This document shows, in pieces, positions 1 to 8,543 of a DNA stretch of 64,000 nucleotides (its first letter is position 1; the number at the start of each line of letters is the position of its first letter). The notes beneath the pieces are model-generated. The model had not been told where the DNA came from. It searched no databases and worked only from the letters and a program-made list of their open reading frames with translations. The position numbers and the translations under genes are program-made. The DNA comes from Burkholderiales bacterium (GTDB lineage: Bacteria > Pseudomonadota > Gammaproteobacteria > Burkholderiales > SG8-39), in the NCBI GenBank assembly GCA_036406675.1, contig DASXAO010000106.1:12042-76041 (forward strand), given 5' to 3'.

Positions 1-151
1 TCTCGGCGGCTGTGGCCTCCAGGGCGTCGGCCCCGCGGGCAGTGATGACGAGATTCACACCCTCGCGCGCTAGCGCCATCGCGCAGCCCTTGCCGAGGCC
101 TTTCGACGCCGCGCACACCAGCGCGGTCCTGCCGCGAATTCCGAGATCCAT
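1..151 (-). CDS. SDR-family oxidoreductase, 5' part only (gene continues beyond window start)
   Basis: The reverse complement starts at ATG (149-151) and reads MDLGIRGRTALVCAASKGLGKGCAMALAREGVNLVITARG. This is a glycine-rich Rossmann start typical of short-chain dehydrogenases. It is truncated, so it is absent from the ORF track. Confidence 0.6.
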   Translation of the reverse strand, partial: MDLGIRGRTALVCAASKGLGKGCAMALAREGVNLVITARGADALEATAAE

Positions 152-154
152 GCT

Positions 155-1054
155 TTAGCTCCTTTTGAGTGAAACGAGCAGCACGCCGAAGATGACGAGC
201 GCAGCGCCCGCCGCCTGGCGCGCGCCGAAGGGCTCGTCGAGACCGGCCGCGCTCATCGCCGCGACGCTGACCGGGCTGATGGCGCCGATGAGCGCGAACT
301 CCGTGGCGCCGATGCGCCTCAGCGCCTCGGCCTGCAGGAAGACCGGCACCACCGTGCTCAGCGTTCCGAGGATCGCGGCGTAAAGCCACACCGCCGCCGG
401 CAGCTCGAGCGACCCGGGCCCGTCGACCACGAAGAATTGCACCACGGCAGGAGCCGTGGCGACCGCCATGCTGTAGGCCGTGAAGCGCATCGAGCCGACG
501 CGCTTGACGAGCTGGCTCCCGGCGACCAGGTACGCGGCGTAGCAGAAGGCCGACGCGAAGACGAGCAGCACGCCGAAGACGAAGAGCTTGCCCTGGGGCG
601 TAGCGCCGACCTGGTCGGAGAGAACGAGCGCGATGCCCACATAGGTCAACACCAGCGCCGTCAGCTGCGTCGGCGTCGGCCGCTTGCGCAGAAAGATGAA
701 CGACAGCACGAGCACGAGCGTCGGGTACAGGAAGAGGATCAGCCGCCCGGTGCCCGCGCCGATGAATTGCAGGCCGATGAAGTCGAGAAAGCTGGCCAGG
801 TAGTAGCCCAGGAAGCCGAGCGCGGCGACGCCCGCCCAGTCCCGCGGCGTGAGGGGTGGCTCCTGGCGGCGCAGCCACCAGCCGATGACCAGGAAGAAGG
901 GCAGCGAGATCATCATCCGCAGGAAGAGCAGCGTGGTCGGCGTCACCGGTGCGGCTGCATAGGCGAGCTTGATGAGGATCGGACGCAGCGAGAACGCGAG
1001 CACCCCGAGGACGCCGAAGGCGATGCCCCAGCCGCGGTAGGTCGCGGCGCTCAG
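155..1054 (-). CDS. EamA/DMT-family transporter
   Basis: The 282-aa polytopic hydrophobic ORF is 155..1003. TM1-like sequence (LSAATYRGWGIAFGVLG) continues upstream of the GTG at 1003 to a CTG at 1052-1054, just after an in-frame stop. The start is therefore 1003 (canonical) or 1054 (CTG). Confidence 0.75.
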   Translation of the reverse strand: MSAATYRGWGIAFGVLGVLAFSLRPILIKLAYAAAPVTPTTLLFLRMMISLPFFLVIGWWLRRQEPPLTPRDWAGVAALGFLGYYLASFLDFIGLQFIGAGTGRLILFLYPTLVLVLSFIFLRKRPTPTQLTALVLTYVGIALVLSDQVGATPQGKLFVFGVLLVFASAFCYAAYLVAGSQLVKRVGSMRFTAYSMAVATAPAVVQFFVVDGPGSLELPAAVWLYAAILGTLSTVVPVFLQAEALRRIGATEFALIGAISPVSVAAMSAAGLDEPFGARQAAGAALVIFGVLLVSLKRS

Positions 1055-1064
1055 GGCCGGCTAC

Positions 1065-2552
1065 TCAACGTTTTTTCCCGCCGAGGATCGACCCCAGCAC
1101 GCCGCGCAGCACCTGCCGGCCGAGCTCCGAGCCGATGCTCCGGGCGGCGCTTTTCGTCACCGCCTCGATGATTCCCTGCGTCTGGCGCCCGCCGCGCGGC
1201 CCGGTGCGGCCGAAGAGGATGTCGTGCACCGGGTCGTGGACCGGGTTCGCGCTTTCCTCCGGCTGCGCCGGCTTCGCCTCGGTGCGGCCTTTCAGCTTCT
1301 CGTAGGCCGATTCGCGGTCCACCGCCTTCTCGTAGTGGCCGAAGACGTCCGAGGACTGGATGAGCTTCGCGCGCTCGTCGTCGCCGATCGGCCCGATCTG
1401 GCTCCCCGGCGGCACGACGAACGCGCGCTCGACCATGCAAGGGGTGCCCTTCTCGTCGAGCAGCGAGACGAGCGCCTCGCCGACGCCGAGCTCGGTGATC
1501 GCCTTCTCCGCGTTGAGCTTGGGATTGGGCCGCAGCGTCTCGGCCGCGGTCTTCACCGCCTTCTGGTCGCGCGGAGTAAAGGCGCGCAGCGCGTGCTGCA
1601 CGCGGTTGCCGAGCTGGCCGAGCACCGTCTCGGGCACGTCGAGCGGGTTCTGGGTCACGAAGTAGACGCCGACGCCCTTGGAGCGGATGAGCCGCACCAC
1701 CTGCTGGACCTTCTCGAGCAGGGCCTTGGGCGCCTCGCTGAACAGGAGATGCGCCTCGTCGAAGAAGAACACCAGCTTCGGCTTCTCCGGGTCGCCGACC
1801 TCGGGCAGGTGCTCGAACAGCTCGGAGAGCAGCCACAGGAGAAAGGTCGAATAGAGCTTGGGCGAGTTCATGAGCTCGCCGGCGGCGAGGATGTTCACCA
1901 CGCCCTTGCCGTCTCGCGTCTGCATCAGGTCGCCGATGTCGAGCATCGGCTCGCCGAGGAACCTGCCGCCGCCCTGGGTCTCGAGGGCCAGCAGGCCGCG
2001 CTGGATCGCGCCGATCGAAGCGGTCGAGACATTGCCGTAGGCGGTCTTGAACTGCGCGGCGTTGTCGCCCACGTGCTGCAGCATCGCGCGCAGGTCCTTG
2101 AGGTCGAGGAGCAAGAGCCCCTGGTCGTCGGCGATCTTGAACACCAGCGCGAGGACGCCTTCCTGCGTCTCGTTGAGGTCGAGCATGCGGCCCAGCAGCA
2201 GCGGCCCCATGTCCGAGACGGTGGCGCGCACGGGATGGCCCGCTTTGCCGAAGACATCCCAGAACACCACCGGGCAGCCTTCGGCCGGAACCGAAACCTT
2301 GAGGGTTTTGAGCCGCTCGGCCACCTTGGGATTCGCGCCGCCCGGCTTCGCCACGCCGGAGAGGTCGCCTTTCACGTCGGCCATGAATACCGGCACGCCG
2401 ATCTCCGAGAAGCGCTGCGCCAGCGCCTGCAGCGTCACGGTCTTGCCGGTGCCGGTGGCGCCGGTGATGAGGCCGTGGCGGTTCGCGAGACCCGGCAGAA
2501 GCGCGAGCTCCTTCCTGTCGTTCTTGGCGACCAGCAGGGGCGGCGGGGGCAT
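1065..2552 (-). CDS. DUF853 / HerA-like P-loop ATPase (YjgR family)
   Basis: Lies in ORF 1065..2825. Has Walker [10 protein letters not shown] and Walker B-like [12 protein letters not shown]. The start is placed at ATG 2550-2552 ([11 protein letters not shown]), which gives about 495 aa. Confidence 0.8.
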   Translation of the reverse strand: MPPPPLLVAKNDRKELALLPGLANRHGLITGATGTGKTVTLQALAQRFSEIGVPVFMADVKGDLSGVAKPGGANPKVAERLKTLKVSVPAEGCPVVFWDVFGKAGHPVRATVSDMGPLLLGRMLDLNETQEGVLALVFKIADDQGLLLLDLKDLRAMLQHVGDNAAQFKTAYGNVSTASIGAIQRGLLALETQGGGRFLGEPMLDIGDLMQTRDGKGVVNILAAGELMNSPKLYSTFLLWLLSELFEHLPEVGDPEKPKLVFFFDEAHLLFSEAPKALLEKVQQVVRLIRSKGVGVYFVTQNPLDVPETVLGQLGNRVQHALRAFTPRDQKAVKTAAETLRPNPKLNAEKAITELGVGEALVSLLDEKGTPCMVERAFVVPPGSQIGPIGDDERAKLIQSSDVFGHYEKAVDRESAYEKLKGRTEAKPAQPEESANPVHDPVHDILFGRTGPRGGRQTQGIIEAVTKSAARSIGSELGRQVLRGVLGSILGGKKR

Positions 2553-2583
2553 GGCGCGAAATGTTACCTTTAGAATTGGCGCC

Positions 2584-3306
2584 ATGGCAGGCCACAGCAA
2601 ATGGGCGAACATCAAGCACCGCAAGGCGGCCGCGGATGCGAAGAAGGGCAAGGTCTTCACCCGCCTCATCAAGGAAATCACCGTCGCCGCCAAGCTCGGC
2701 GGGGGCGACCCCAACAGCAACCCGCGCCTGCGCCTCGCGGTCGACAAGGCCCGCGAGGCCAACATGACCAAGGACAGCGTCAACAACGCGATCAAGCGCG
2801 GCAGCGGCGCGCTCGAGGGGGTCACCTACGAGGAGGCGCGCTACGAGGGCTACGGGCCGGGCGGGGCCGCGGTGCTGGTCGACTGCCTCACCGACAACCG
2901 CACGCGCACGGTCGCGGAGGTGCGCCACGCCTTCACCAAGAACGGCGGCAACCTCGGCTCCGACGGCTCGGTCGCCTACCTCTTCAAGCACGTCGGGCAG
3001 TTCGTGTTCGCCCCCGGAACCAGCGAGGACCGGGTGATGGAGACCGGCCTCGAGGCCGGCGCGGAAGACGTGATCGCGAACGACGACGGCTCGGTGGAGC
3101 TGATCTGCGCACCGGGCGACTTCGCCGCCGTCAAGGCGGCGCTCGAGAAGGCCGGGCTCAAGGCCGAGCTCGCCGAGATCGTCATGAAGCCGTCCGCGGA
3201 GGCGCAGCTCAGGGGTCCCGAGGCGGCGCGCATGCGCGAGCTGATCGACGCGCTGGAGAACCTCGACGACGTGCAGGACGTCTATACCACCGCGGTGATC
3301 GACTGA
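2584..3306 (+). CDS. yebC: YebC/PmpR-family DNA-binding regulator
   Basis: [32 protein letters not shown] is the hallmark YebC N-terminus. The protein is 240 aa and sits upstream of ruvC, as in many proteobacteria. Confidence 0.92.
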   Translation: MAGHSKWANIKHRKAAADAKKGKVFTRLIKEITVAAKLGGGDPNSNPRLRLAVDKAREANMTKDSVNNAIKRGSGALEGVTYEEARYEGYGPGGAAVLVDCLTDNRTRTVAEVRHAFTKNGGNLGSDGSVAYLFKHVGQFVFAPGTSEDRVMETGLEAGAEDVIANDDGSVELICAPGDFAAVKAALEKAGLKAELAEIVMKPSAEAQLRGPEAARMRELIDALENLDDVQDVYTTAVID

Positions 3307-3318
3307 CCGGATGATCAA

Positions 3319-3834
3319 CTGAGAATTCTCGGAATCGATCCCGGCTTGCAAATCACCGGCTTCGGCGTGATCGAGAACGCCGGGCGCAAGCTGCGCTACG
3401 TGACGAGCGGCTGCGTGAAGTCCGGCGAGGGCGACCTCGCGCAACGCCTCAAGGCGATCCTCGAAGGCCTGAACGAGATCATCGCCGAGCACGGCCCGCT
3501 CGAGGTCGCGGTCGAGAAGGTGTTCGTCAACGTCAATCCGCAGTCGACCCTCGCGCTCGGCCAGGCGCGCGGCACGGCCATCTGCGCCGCGGTGCTGGCG
3601 GGCCTGCCGGTCGCCGAATACACCGCGCTGCAGGTCAAGCAGTCGGTCGTCGGCAACGGCCACGCCCGCAAGGAGCAGGTCCAGCACATGGTGCGGCGCC
3701 TGCTCGCGCTTCCCGGCGAGCCCTCGCCCGACGCCGCCGACGCGCTCGCCTGCGCCATCTGCCATGCGCATGGCGCACAACTTGGTTCGATTTCCACGCG
3801 AGGTCTTCGCCTTAGAAGAGGAAGACTGGGATGA
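3319..3834 (+). CDS. ruvC: Crossover junction endodeoxyribonuclease RuvC
   Basis: The ORF track gives 3346..3834 ([10 protein letters not shown]). The conserved catalytic N-terminus (L)[17 protein letters not shown] is encoded from 3319 with no canonical start, so CTG 3319 is proposed. The stop overlaps the ruvA ATG (ATGA at 3831). Confidence 0.85.
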   Translation: MRILGIDPGLQITGFGVIENAGRKLRYVTSGCVKSGEGDLAQRLKAILEGLNEIIAEHGPLEVAVEKVFVNVNPQSTLALGQARGTAICAAVLAGLPVAEYTALQVKQSVVGNGHARKEQVQHMVRRLLALPGEPSPDAADALACAICHAHGAQLGSISTRGLRLRRGRLG

Positions 3835-4391
3835 TCGGCCGCCTGTACGGACGGCTCGTGGCCAAGAACCCGCCCCAAGTGCTCGTCGACGTCGCGGGCG
3901 TGGGCTACGAGGTCGACGTGCCGATGAGCACCTTCTACAGCCTGCCCGCGACCGGCGATCCGGTGACGCTCCACACGCATCTCGTCGTGCGCGAGGATGC
4001 GCACACGGTGTATGGATTCGCGACGCTGGAAGAGCGCGCGGCGTTCCGCCAGCTCATCCGCATCTCCGGCATCGGCGCGCGCACCGCGCTCTCGGTCCTG
4101 TCGGGGCTTTCGGTCGCCGATCTCGCGCAATCGATCGCGCTCCAGGATGCGGCGCGCCTTACGCGCATCCCGGGCATCGGCAAGAAAACGGCGGAGCGCC
4201 TGCTCCTCGAGCTGAAAGGCAAGCTCGCGGAGGTCAGCGCCCCGACGCAGGAGCGGCCGAGCGACGTGGTGAACGCGCTCCTTGCGCTCGGGTACAGCGA
4301 GAAGGAAGCGCATGCGGCCATCAAGGGACTTGCGCCGGGCGTTCCGGTGGCCGAAGGCATCCGCGCAGCGCTCAAGACGCTCGCAAAATAG
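3831..4391 (+). CDS. ruvA: Holliday junction DNA helicase subunit RuvA
   Basis: [31 protein letters not shown] is a typical RuvA OB domain. The helix-hairpin-helix motif [12 protein letters not shown] is present. Confidence 0.93.
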   Translation: MIGRLYGRLVAKNPPQVLVDVAGVGYEVDVPMSTFYSLPATGDPVTLHTHLVVREDAHTVYGFATLEERAAFRQLIRISGIGARTALSVLSGLSVADLAQSIALQDAARLTRIPGIGKKTAERLLLELKGKLAEVSAPTQERPSDVVNALLALGYSEKEAHAAIKGLAPGVPVAEGIRAALKTLAK

Positions 4392-4430
4392 GCACGGCGG
4401 TTGGTTTATTGTTCGGCTTGGGGGATAACC

Positions 4431-4964
4431 ATGAAAAAGGAGACCTCGATGACCAGGAACGGATGGATTGCAGCAGTGCTCGGCGCGGCCGCGATGCTCG
4501 GCTGCGGCAGCGCGCTCGCGCAGAAGCAACCTGCCGACACCGGCTGGTATGCAGGCGCCTCGCTTGGAAGCGCCGATCTCGGGCCGGACAGCGATACCTC
4601 GCTCAAGATCTTCGGCGGCTACCAGATCAACCGCAGCTTCGCCGCCGAGTTCGGGTACTCGGATTTCGGCGACGTCACGGTCGGAAACAACAGCGTCAAT
4701 GCGAACGCGTGGGAGTTGATCGGGCTCGGCAAGTTTCCCCTCGGCAATCAGTTCTACATCTACGGCCTCGCCGGTCTCACCAAGATCAAGACCGAGACCA
4801 CGCACGACGGGCTGCGCGTTTCCGACGACAGCACGGAGCTCACTTTCGGGTTCGGTGTGCAGTACGACTTCAATCCGAAGGTCGGCGCGCGCCTGCAGTG
4901 GCAGCGCTACGACGCGAGCAACGAAGTCGACGTCGTTAGCGTCGGCTTCCTGTACAAGTTCTGA
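4431..4964 (+). CDS. Small outer-membrane beta-barrel protein (OmpA-TM/OmpX-like), paralog 1
   Basis: Signal peptide ends ALAQ. Alternating beta-strand pattern with GWYAGASLG, FGGYQIN, FGFGVQYDF and a C-terminal aromatic FLYKF. The start at ATG 4431 follows a GGGGATAACC purine stretch. Confidence 0.8.
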   Translation: MKKETSMTRNGWIAAVLGAAAMLGCGSALAQKQPADTGWYAGASLGSADLGPDSDTSLKIFGGYQINRSFAAEFGYSDFGDVTVGNNSVNANAWELIGLGKFPLGNQFYIYGLAGLTKIKTETTHDGLRVSDDSTELTFGFGVQYDFNPKVGARLQWQRYDASNEVDVVSVGFLYKF

Positions 4965-5181
4965 TCGGTCTGCGTATTGCAGTATTCGTTACGACAGCGC
5001 GAGGACAGCGCTTTTCGTTACAGGTTCCCGACAGATTTGAAACAGCGATTGTGGCTAGTGCACAACAGCCGGACTCGCAGATAACGTTTTTCGCGGCGCG
5101 ATCGAGTCCGGTCGCCCATCGAGAAAGTTGGAGAGCGTACCCTTTGAGCGCAATGTCGCAACTCTCTTGAAGGATCTCCCC

Positions 5182-5775
5182 ATGCTGATGCAAAAGAAAG
5201 TTCTCGCTGCGGCGCTCGCCGCAGGCTTCGCCACTCTACCGACGCTCGCCATGGCGCAATCCAGGGGCGGCAACTCGGACGTGGGCTTCTACGCCGGCGC
5301 ATCCGTCGGCCAATCGAAAGCCGACTGCCCGGGCGGTCTTGGCTCGTGCGATGACTCGGACACCGCGTACCGGATTTTCGGCGGCTACAAGTTCCATCCC
5401 AACATCGCCGTGGAGGGCGGCTATGCGCCTCTCGGTGAAAGCTCGGGCAGCGCGCTTGGCGGAAACGTGACCGCGGAAGCGAACGCGTGGGATCTCGAGG
5501 GCGTAGGGAGCTGGGGGCTGGGCAACAACTTCTCGGTTTTCGGCAAGCTCGGCTTCTATAACGCCGAACTCAAGCTGGGTGGCGCCGCCTCGGGCAAGAA
5601 GACCACCACCGATCTCCTCTACGGGCTCGGCGGACAGTACGACTTCAACCGCAATCTCGGCCTGCGGCTCGAATGGACCCGCTACAGCGGAGTCAAGGCT
5701 CCCGACGTGGCAGGCACAAGCGGTGGCGATACCGACATCGACGTCGTGAGCCTCGGCGCGCTCTGGCGGTTCTGA
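5182..5775 (+). CDS. Small outer-membrane beta-barrel protein, paralog 2
   Basis: Signal peptide ..LAMAQ. Contains GFYAGASVGQSK, a Cys-pair loop DCPGGLGSCDDSD, IFGGYKF, YGLGGQYDF and the terminal ALWRF. Confidence 0.8.
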   Translation: MLMQKKVLAAALAAGFATLPTLAMAQSRGGNSDVGFYAGASVGQSKADCPGGLGSCDDSDTAYRIFGGYKFHPNIAVEGGYAPLGESSGSALGGNVTAEANAWDLEGVGSWGLGNNFSVFGKLGFYNAELKLGGAASGKKTTTDLLYGLGGQYDFNRNLGLRLEWTRYSGVKAPDVAGTSGGDTDIDVVSLGALWRF

Positions 5776-5800
5776 TCCGGCAATAGAAAGAAGCCATCTG

Positions 5801-5832
5801 GAAGGGCGGCCGCGAGGCCGCCCTTTCTTTTT
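5801..5832 (+). terminator. Rho-independent terminator after OMP paralog 2
   Basis: GAAGGGCGGCC-GCGA-GGCCGCCCTT stem-loop followed by TCTTTTT. Confidence 0.8.
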
Positions 5833-5986
5833 CGCGGTCGCGCTTGTTCAACGAGTCCGATTTGCGAAGTTTGCCTCGCTGAGGCGTGGTTTCCCGCCAA
5901 CAGGCCTGCGCTTTTTCCTCGTTCGGCGCCGGTGGGGGCGCGTATCTTTCGGGCGCCTTACACATTCAGACAAAGGGAGATCAAGC

Positions 5987-6583
5987 ATGTCGCTCAAGAA
6001 AACAAGCATTGCCGCCCTCCTTGCAGCGTCGGGTCTCGTCGTTTCGTCGGCCGCGATGGCGCAGGCCAAGTCCGCCGACCAGGGGTTCTACGCCGGCGCC
6101 CGCATCGGGCAGTCCAAAGTCGATATCGATTGCACCGGCGCCACCTGCGACGACAGCGACACCGCCTTCGGAATCTTCGGCGGCTACAAGATCAACCGCA
6201 ATTTCGCGGTCGAGGCCGGCTACACGGACTTCGGCAAGTTCAACGCCACCGTCGCCGCGCCCGCCGCGACCCTCGAGATCAAGTCGAACGCGTTCGAGGT
6301 GGTCGGCGTCGGTGCGTACCCCTTCAATCAGCAGTTCTCCGTCTACGGCAAGCTCGGCTTCTACCGCGGCGAGGCCAAGGCGAGCGCGACGCTTGGGACG
6401 CTTAGCGGGAGCCAGAAGGAAACCAACACCGATGTGACCTACGGGCTCGGCGTGCAATACAACTTCAACCCTCAACTCGGGGTCCGCGGCGAATGGCAGC
6501 GCTATAGCTCGATGGGCGGCGACAGCCTCGGGGACACATTCGACCTCGACGTATTCGCGGTCGGCGTGACCTACAAGTTCTGA
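5987..6583 (+). CDS. Small outer-membrane beta-barrel protein, paralog 3
   Basis: Signal peptide ..AAMAQA. Contains GFYAGARIGQSK, a Cys-pair loop DCTGATCDDSD, IFGGYKIN, YGLGVQYNF and the terminal VTYKF. Confidence 0.82.
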   Translation: MSLKKTSIAALLAASGLVVSSAAMAQAKSADQGFYAGARIGQSKVDIDCTGATCDDSDTAFGIFGGYKINRNFAVEAGYTDFGKFNATVAAPAATLEIKSNAFEVVGVGAYPFNQQFSVYGKLGFYRGEAKASATLGTLSGSQKETNTDVTYGLGVQYNFNPQLGVRGEWQRYSSMGGDSLGDTFDLDVFAVGVTYKF

Positions 6584-6612
6584 TCGGACAACAACAAGAA
6601 ACCACGATCGGG

Positions 6613-6646
6613 AAGAAGGGCGGCCCCCGGGCCGCCCTTCTTTTTT
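6613..6646 (+). terminator. Rho-independent terminator after OMP paralog 3
   Basis: AAGAAGGGCGGC / GCCGCCCTTCTT stem followed by TTTTT. Confidence 0.8.
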
Positions 6647-6748
6647 GTGCGCTATTTCCTCGGTTTCCGTTGCCGGGACCAGTATTGTTCAGTCGCTCGG
6701 TCAAAGCCCGACAAACAAGAAGATAAACAACAAGAAAAAGGGGGTTTC

Positions 6749-7342
6749 GTGTCCATCCGGAAGATCGCCTTCACCGCGCTGCTGGCCGTCGCGGGAATGG
6801 CAATGTCCTCGGCCAGCATGGCGCAGTTCGACGGCTTCTACTTCGGGGGTGGGTTCACGAGGTTCAAAGCCTCCGAGACGGCCAACGATCCCACTACCGA
6901 CTCATCGATCACTCTCGGCGTTGCGGACCACCAGGGCGGCCTGAACGGCTTTGTGGGGTTTGGAGTCAGCCTGAGCGTCCTCCACCTGGCCGTGGAAGGC
7001 AGCTACTCGGGCCAGGTCGGCAAGATCACCGTGCGCGCAGCCGGCACTGATGTATCGGACGCCGTGGAAGAGGCCGGGGCCGTTTCCATCCTGCCGGGAC
7101 TGAAGCTCGGGACGGGCGCGCTCATCTACGGACGTATTGGTACGGCGCAGGCGAAGCTCAAGTCGCAATCAGGGGACTTCAGCCAGACGCACAAGGGCAT
7201 GTTGTATGGACTCGGGATGAAGGGGGCAGTGACGAAAAACCTCTGCGTGCTCGTGGAATACCAGAATTACGACCTGAAGGAGAAGGAAGGCATCAAGCCG
7301 GAATCGGTTGGCGTGCTGCTGGGAGCGCAATACACGTTCTGA
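6749..7342 (+). CDS. Small outer-membrane beta-barrel protein, divergent paralog 4
   Basis: Lies in ORF 6647..7342. GTG 6749 is preceded by AAAAAGGGGG. Signal peptide ..ASMAQ, FDGFYFGGGF, YGLGMKG and the terminal GAQYTF. Confidence 0.7.
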   Translation: MSIRKIAFTALLAVAGMAMSSASMAQFDGFYFGGGFTRFKASETANDPTTDSSITLGVADHQGGLNGFVGFGVSLSVLHLAVEGSYSGQVGKITVRAAGTDVSDAVEEAGAVSILPGLKLGTGALIYGRIGTAQAKLKSQSGDFSQTHKGMLYGLGMKGAVTKNLCVLVEYQNYDLKEKEGIKPESVGVLLGAQYTF

Positions 7343-7372
7343 TCGAGCTGATCCAAGAGTCCCCTGAAAAAT

Positions 7373-7398
7373 AAGCCGGGCAAGCCCCGGCTTTTTTT
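7373..7398 (+). terminator. Rho-independent terminator after OMP paralog 4
   Basis: AAGCCGGG-CAAGC-CCCGGCTT followed by TTTTT. Confidence 0.8.
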
Positions 7399-7418
7399 CG
7401 GCCCTATAGAATGCCGGG

Positions 7419-8477
7419 ATGGCCGTCGAGACCGACCGCATCATCTCGCAGCGCCCGGCTTCGCCGCAGGAAGGCGAGTTCGAGCGGGCGCTGCGCCCGG
7501 CGACGCTCGCCGAGTACGTCGGGCAGGAAAAGGTGCGCGGGCAGCTCGAGATCTTCATCCAGGCGGCGCGCGCGCGGGGCGAGGCGCTCGACCACGTGCT
7601 CCTCTTCGGCCCGCCGGGGCTGGGCAAGACCACGCTCGCGCACATCATCGCGCGCGAGATGGGCGTGAACCTGCGCCAGACTTCCGGCCCGGTGCTCGAG
7701 CGCCCCGGCGACCTCGCCGCGCTGCTCACGAACCTCGAGCCGAAGGACGTGCTCTTCATCGACGAGATCCACCGCCTCTCGCCGGTGGTCGAGGAGATCC
7801 TGTATCCGGCGCTCGAGGATTTCCAGATCGACATCATGATCGGCGAGGGGCCCGCGGCGCGCTCGATCAAGCTCGACCTGCCGCCCTTTACGCTCGCCGG
7901 CGCCACCACCCGCGCCGGCATGCTCACCAACCCGCTTCGGGAGCGCTTCGGCATCGTGGCGCGCCTGGAGTTCTATACCGAGGAGGAGCTCGCGAGGATC
8001 GTGCGCCGCTCCGCGAGCCTCCTGGAGGTGAGGCTCGGCGACGACGGGGCGGCCGAGATCGCGCGCCGCGCGCGCGGCACGCCGCGCATCGCGAACCGCC
8101 TCCTGAGGCGCGTGCGCGACTATGCGCAGGTCAAGGCCGACGGCACGGTCACGCGCGCGGTGGCCGAGGCCGCGCTGCGCATGCTCGACGTCGACGCGCT
8201 CGGCCTCGACCTCATGGACCGCAAGCTCCTGCTCGCGGTGATCGAGAAGTTCTCCGGCGGGCCGGTCGGGGTGGAGAACCTGGCGCACGCCATCGGCGAG
8301 GAGGCCGACACGATCGAGGACGTCCTCGAGCCTTTCCTGATCCAGCAGGGCTACCTGCAGCGTACCCCGCGTGGCCGCGTCGCCACGCTCTCGGCCTACC
8401 GCCATTTCGGGCTCGTCGCCCCCGGCAACCCCCCGGACCTTCTCAGCGGCCTGTCGGAGGGCCCGCCCGGCCGCTGA
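7419..8477 (+). CDS. ruvB: Holliday junction DNA helicase RuvB
   Basis: [33 protein letters not shown] (Walker A) and LFIDEIHRL (Walker B). 352 aa. Confidence 0.95.
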   Translation: MAVETDRIISQRPASPQEGEFERALRPATLAEYVGQEKVRGQLEIFIQAARARGEALDHVLLFGPPGLGKTTLAHIIAREMGVNLRQTSGPVLERPGDLAALLTNLEPKDVLFIDEIHRLSPVVEEILYPALEDFQIDIMIGEGPAARSIKLDLPPFTLAGATTRAGMLTNPLRERFGIVARLEFYTEEELARIVRRSASLLEVRLGDDGAAEIARRARGTPRIANRLLRRVRDYAQVKADGTVTRAVAEAALRMLDVDALGLDLMDRKLLLAVIEKFSGGPVGVENLAHAIGEEADTIEDVLEPFLIQQGYLQRTPRGRVATLSAYRHFGLVAPGNPPDLLSGLSEGPPGR

Positions 8478-8543
8478 CCCTGGTTGACCCTTTTCGCGCC
8501 GCGGGCCGTTTAAGGGGAAACGAACCAACCAGGGGAGGTGCGA

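Noticed and set aside
1051-3780. 909-aa minus-strand ORF spanning the DUF853, yebC and ruvC region.
   Set aside because: It is antisense to three well-supported genes. The composition is Arg/Ala/Gly/Pro-rich and low-complexity, typical of spurious long frames in high-GC DNA. No motifs were recognised.
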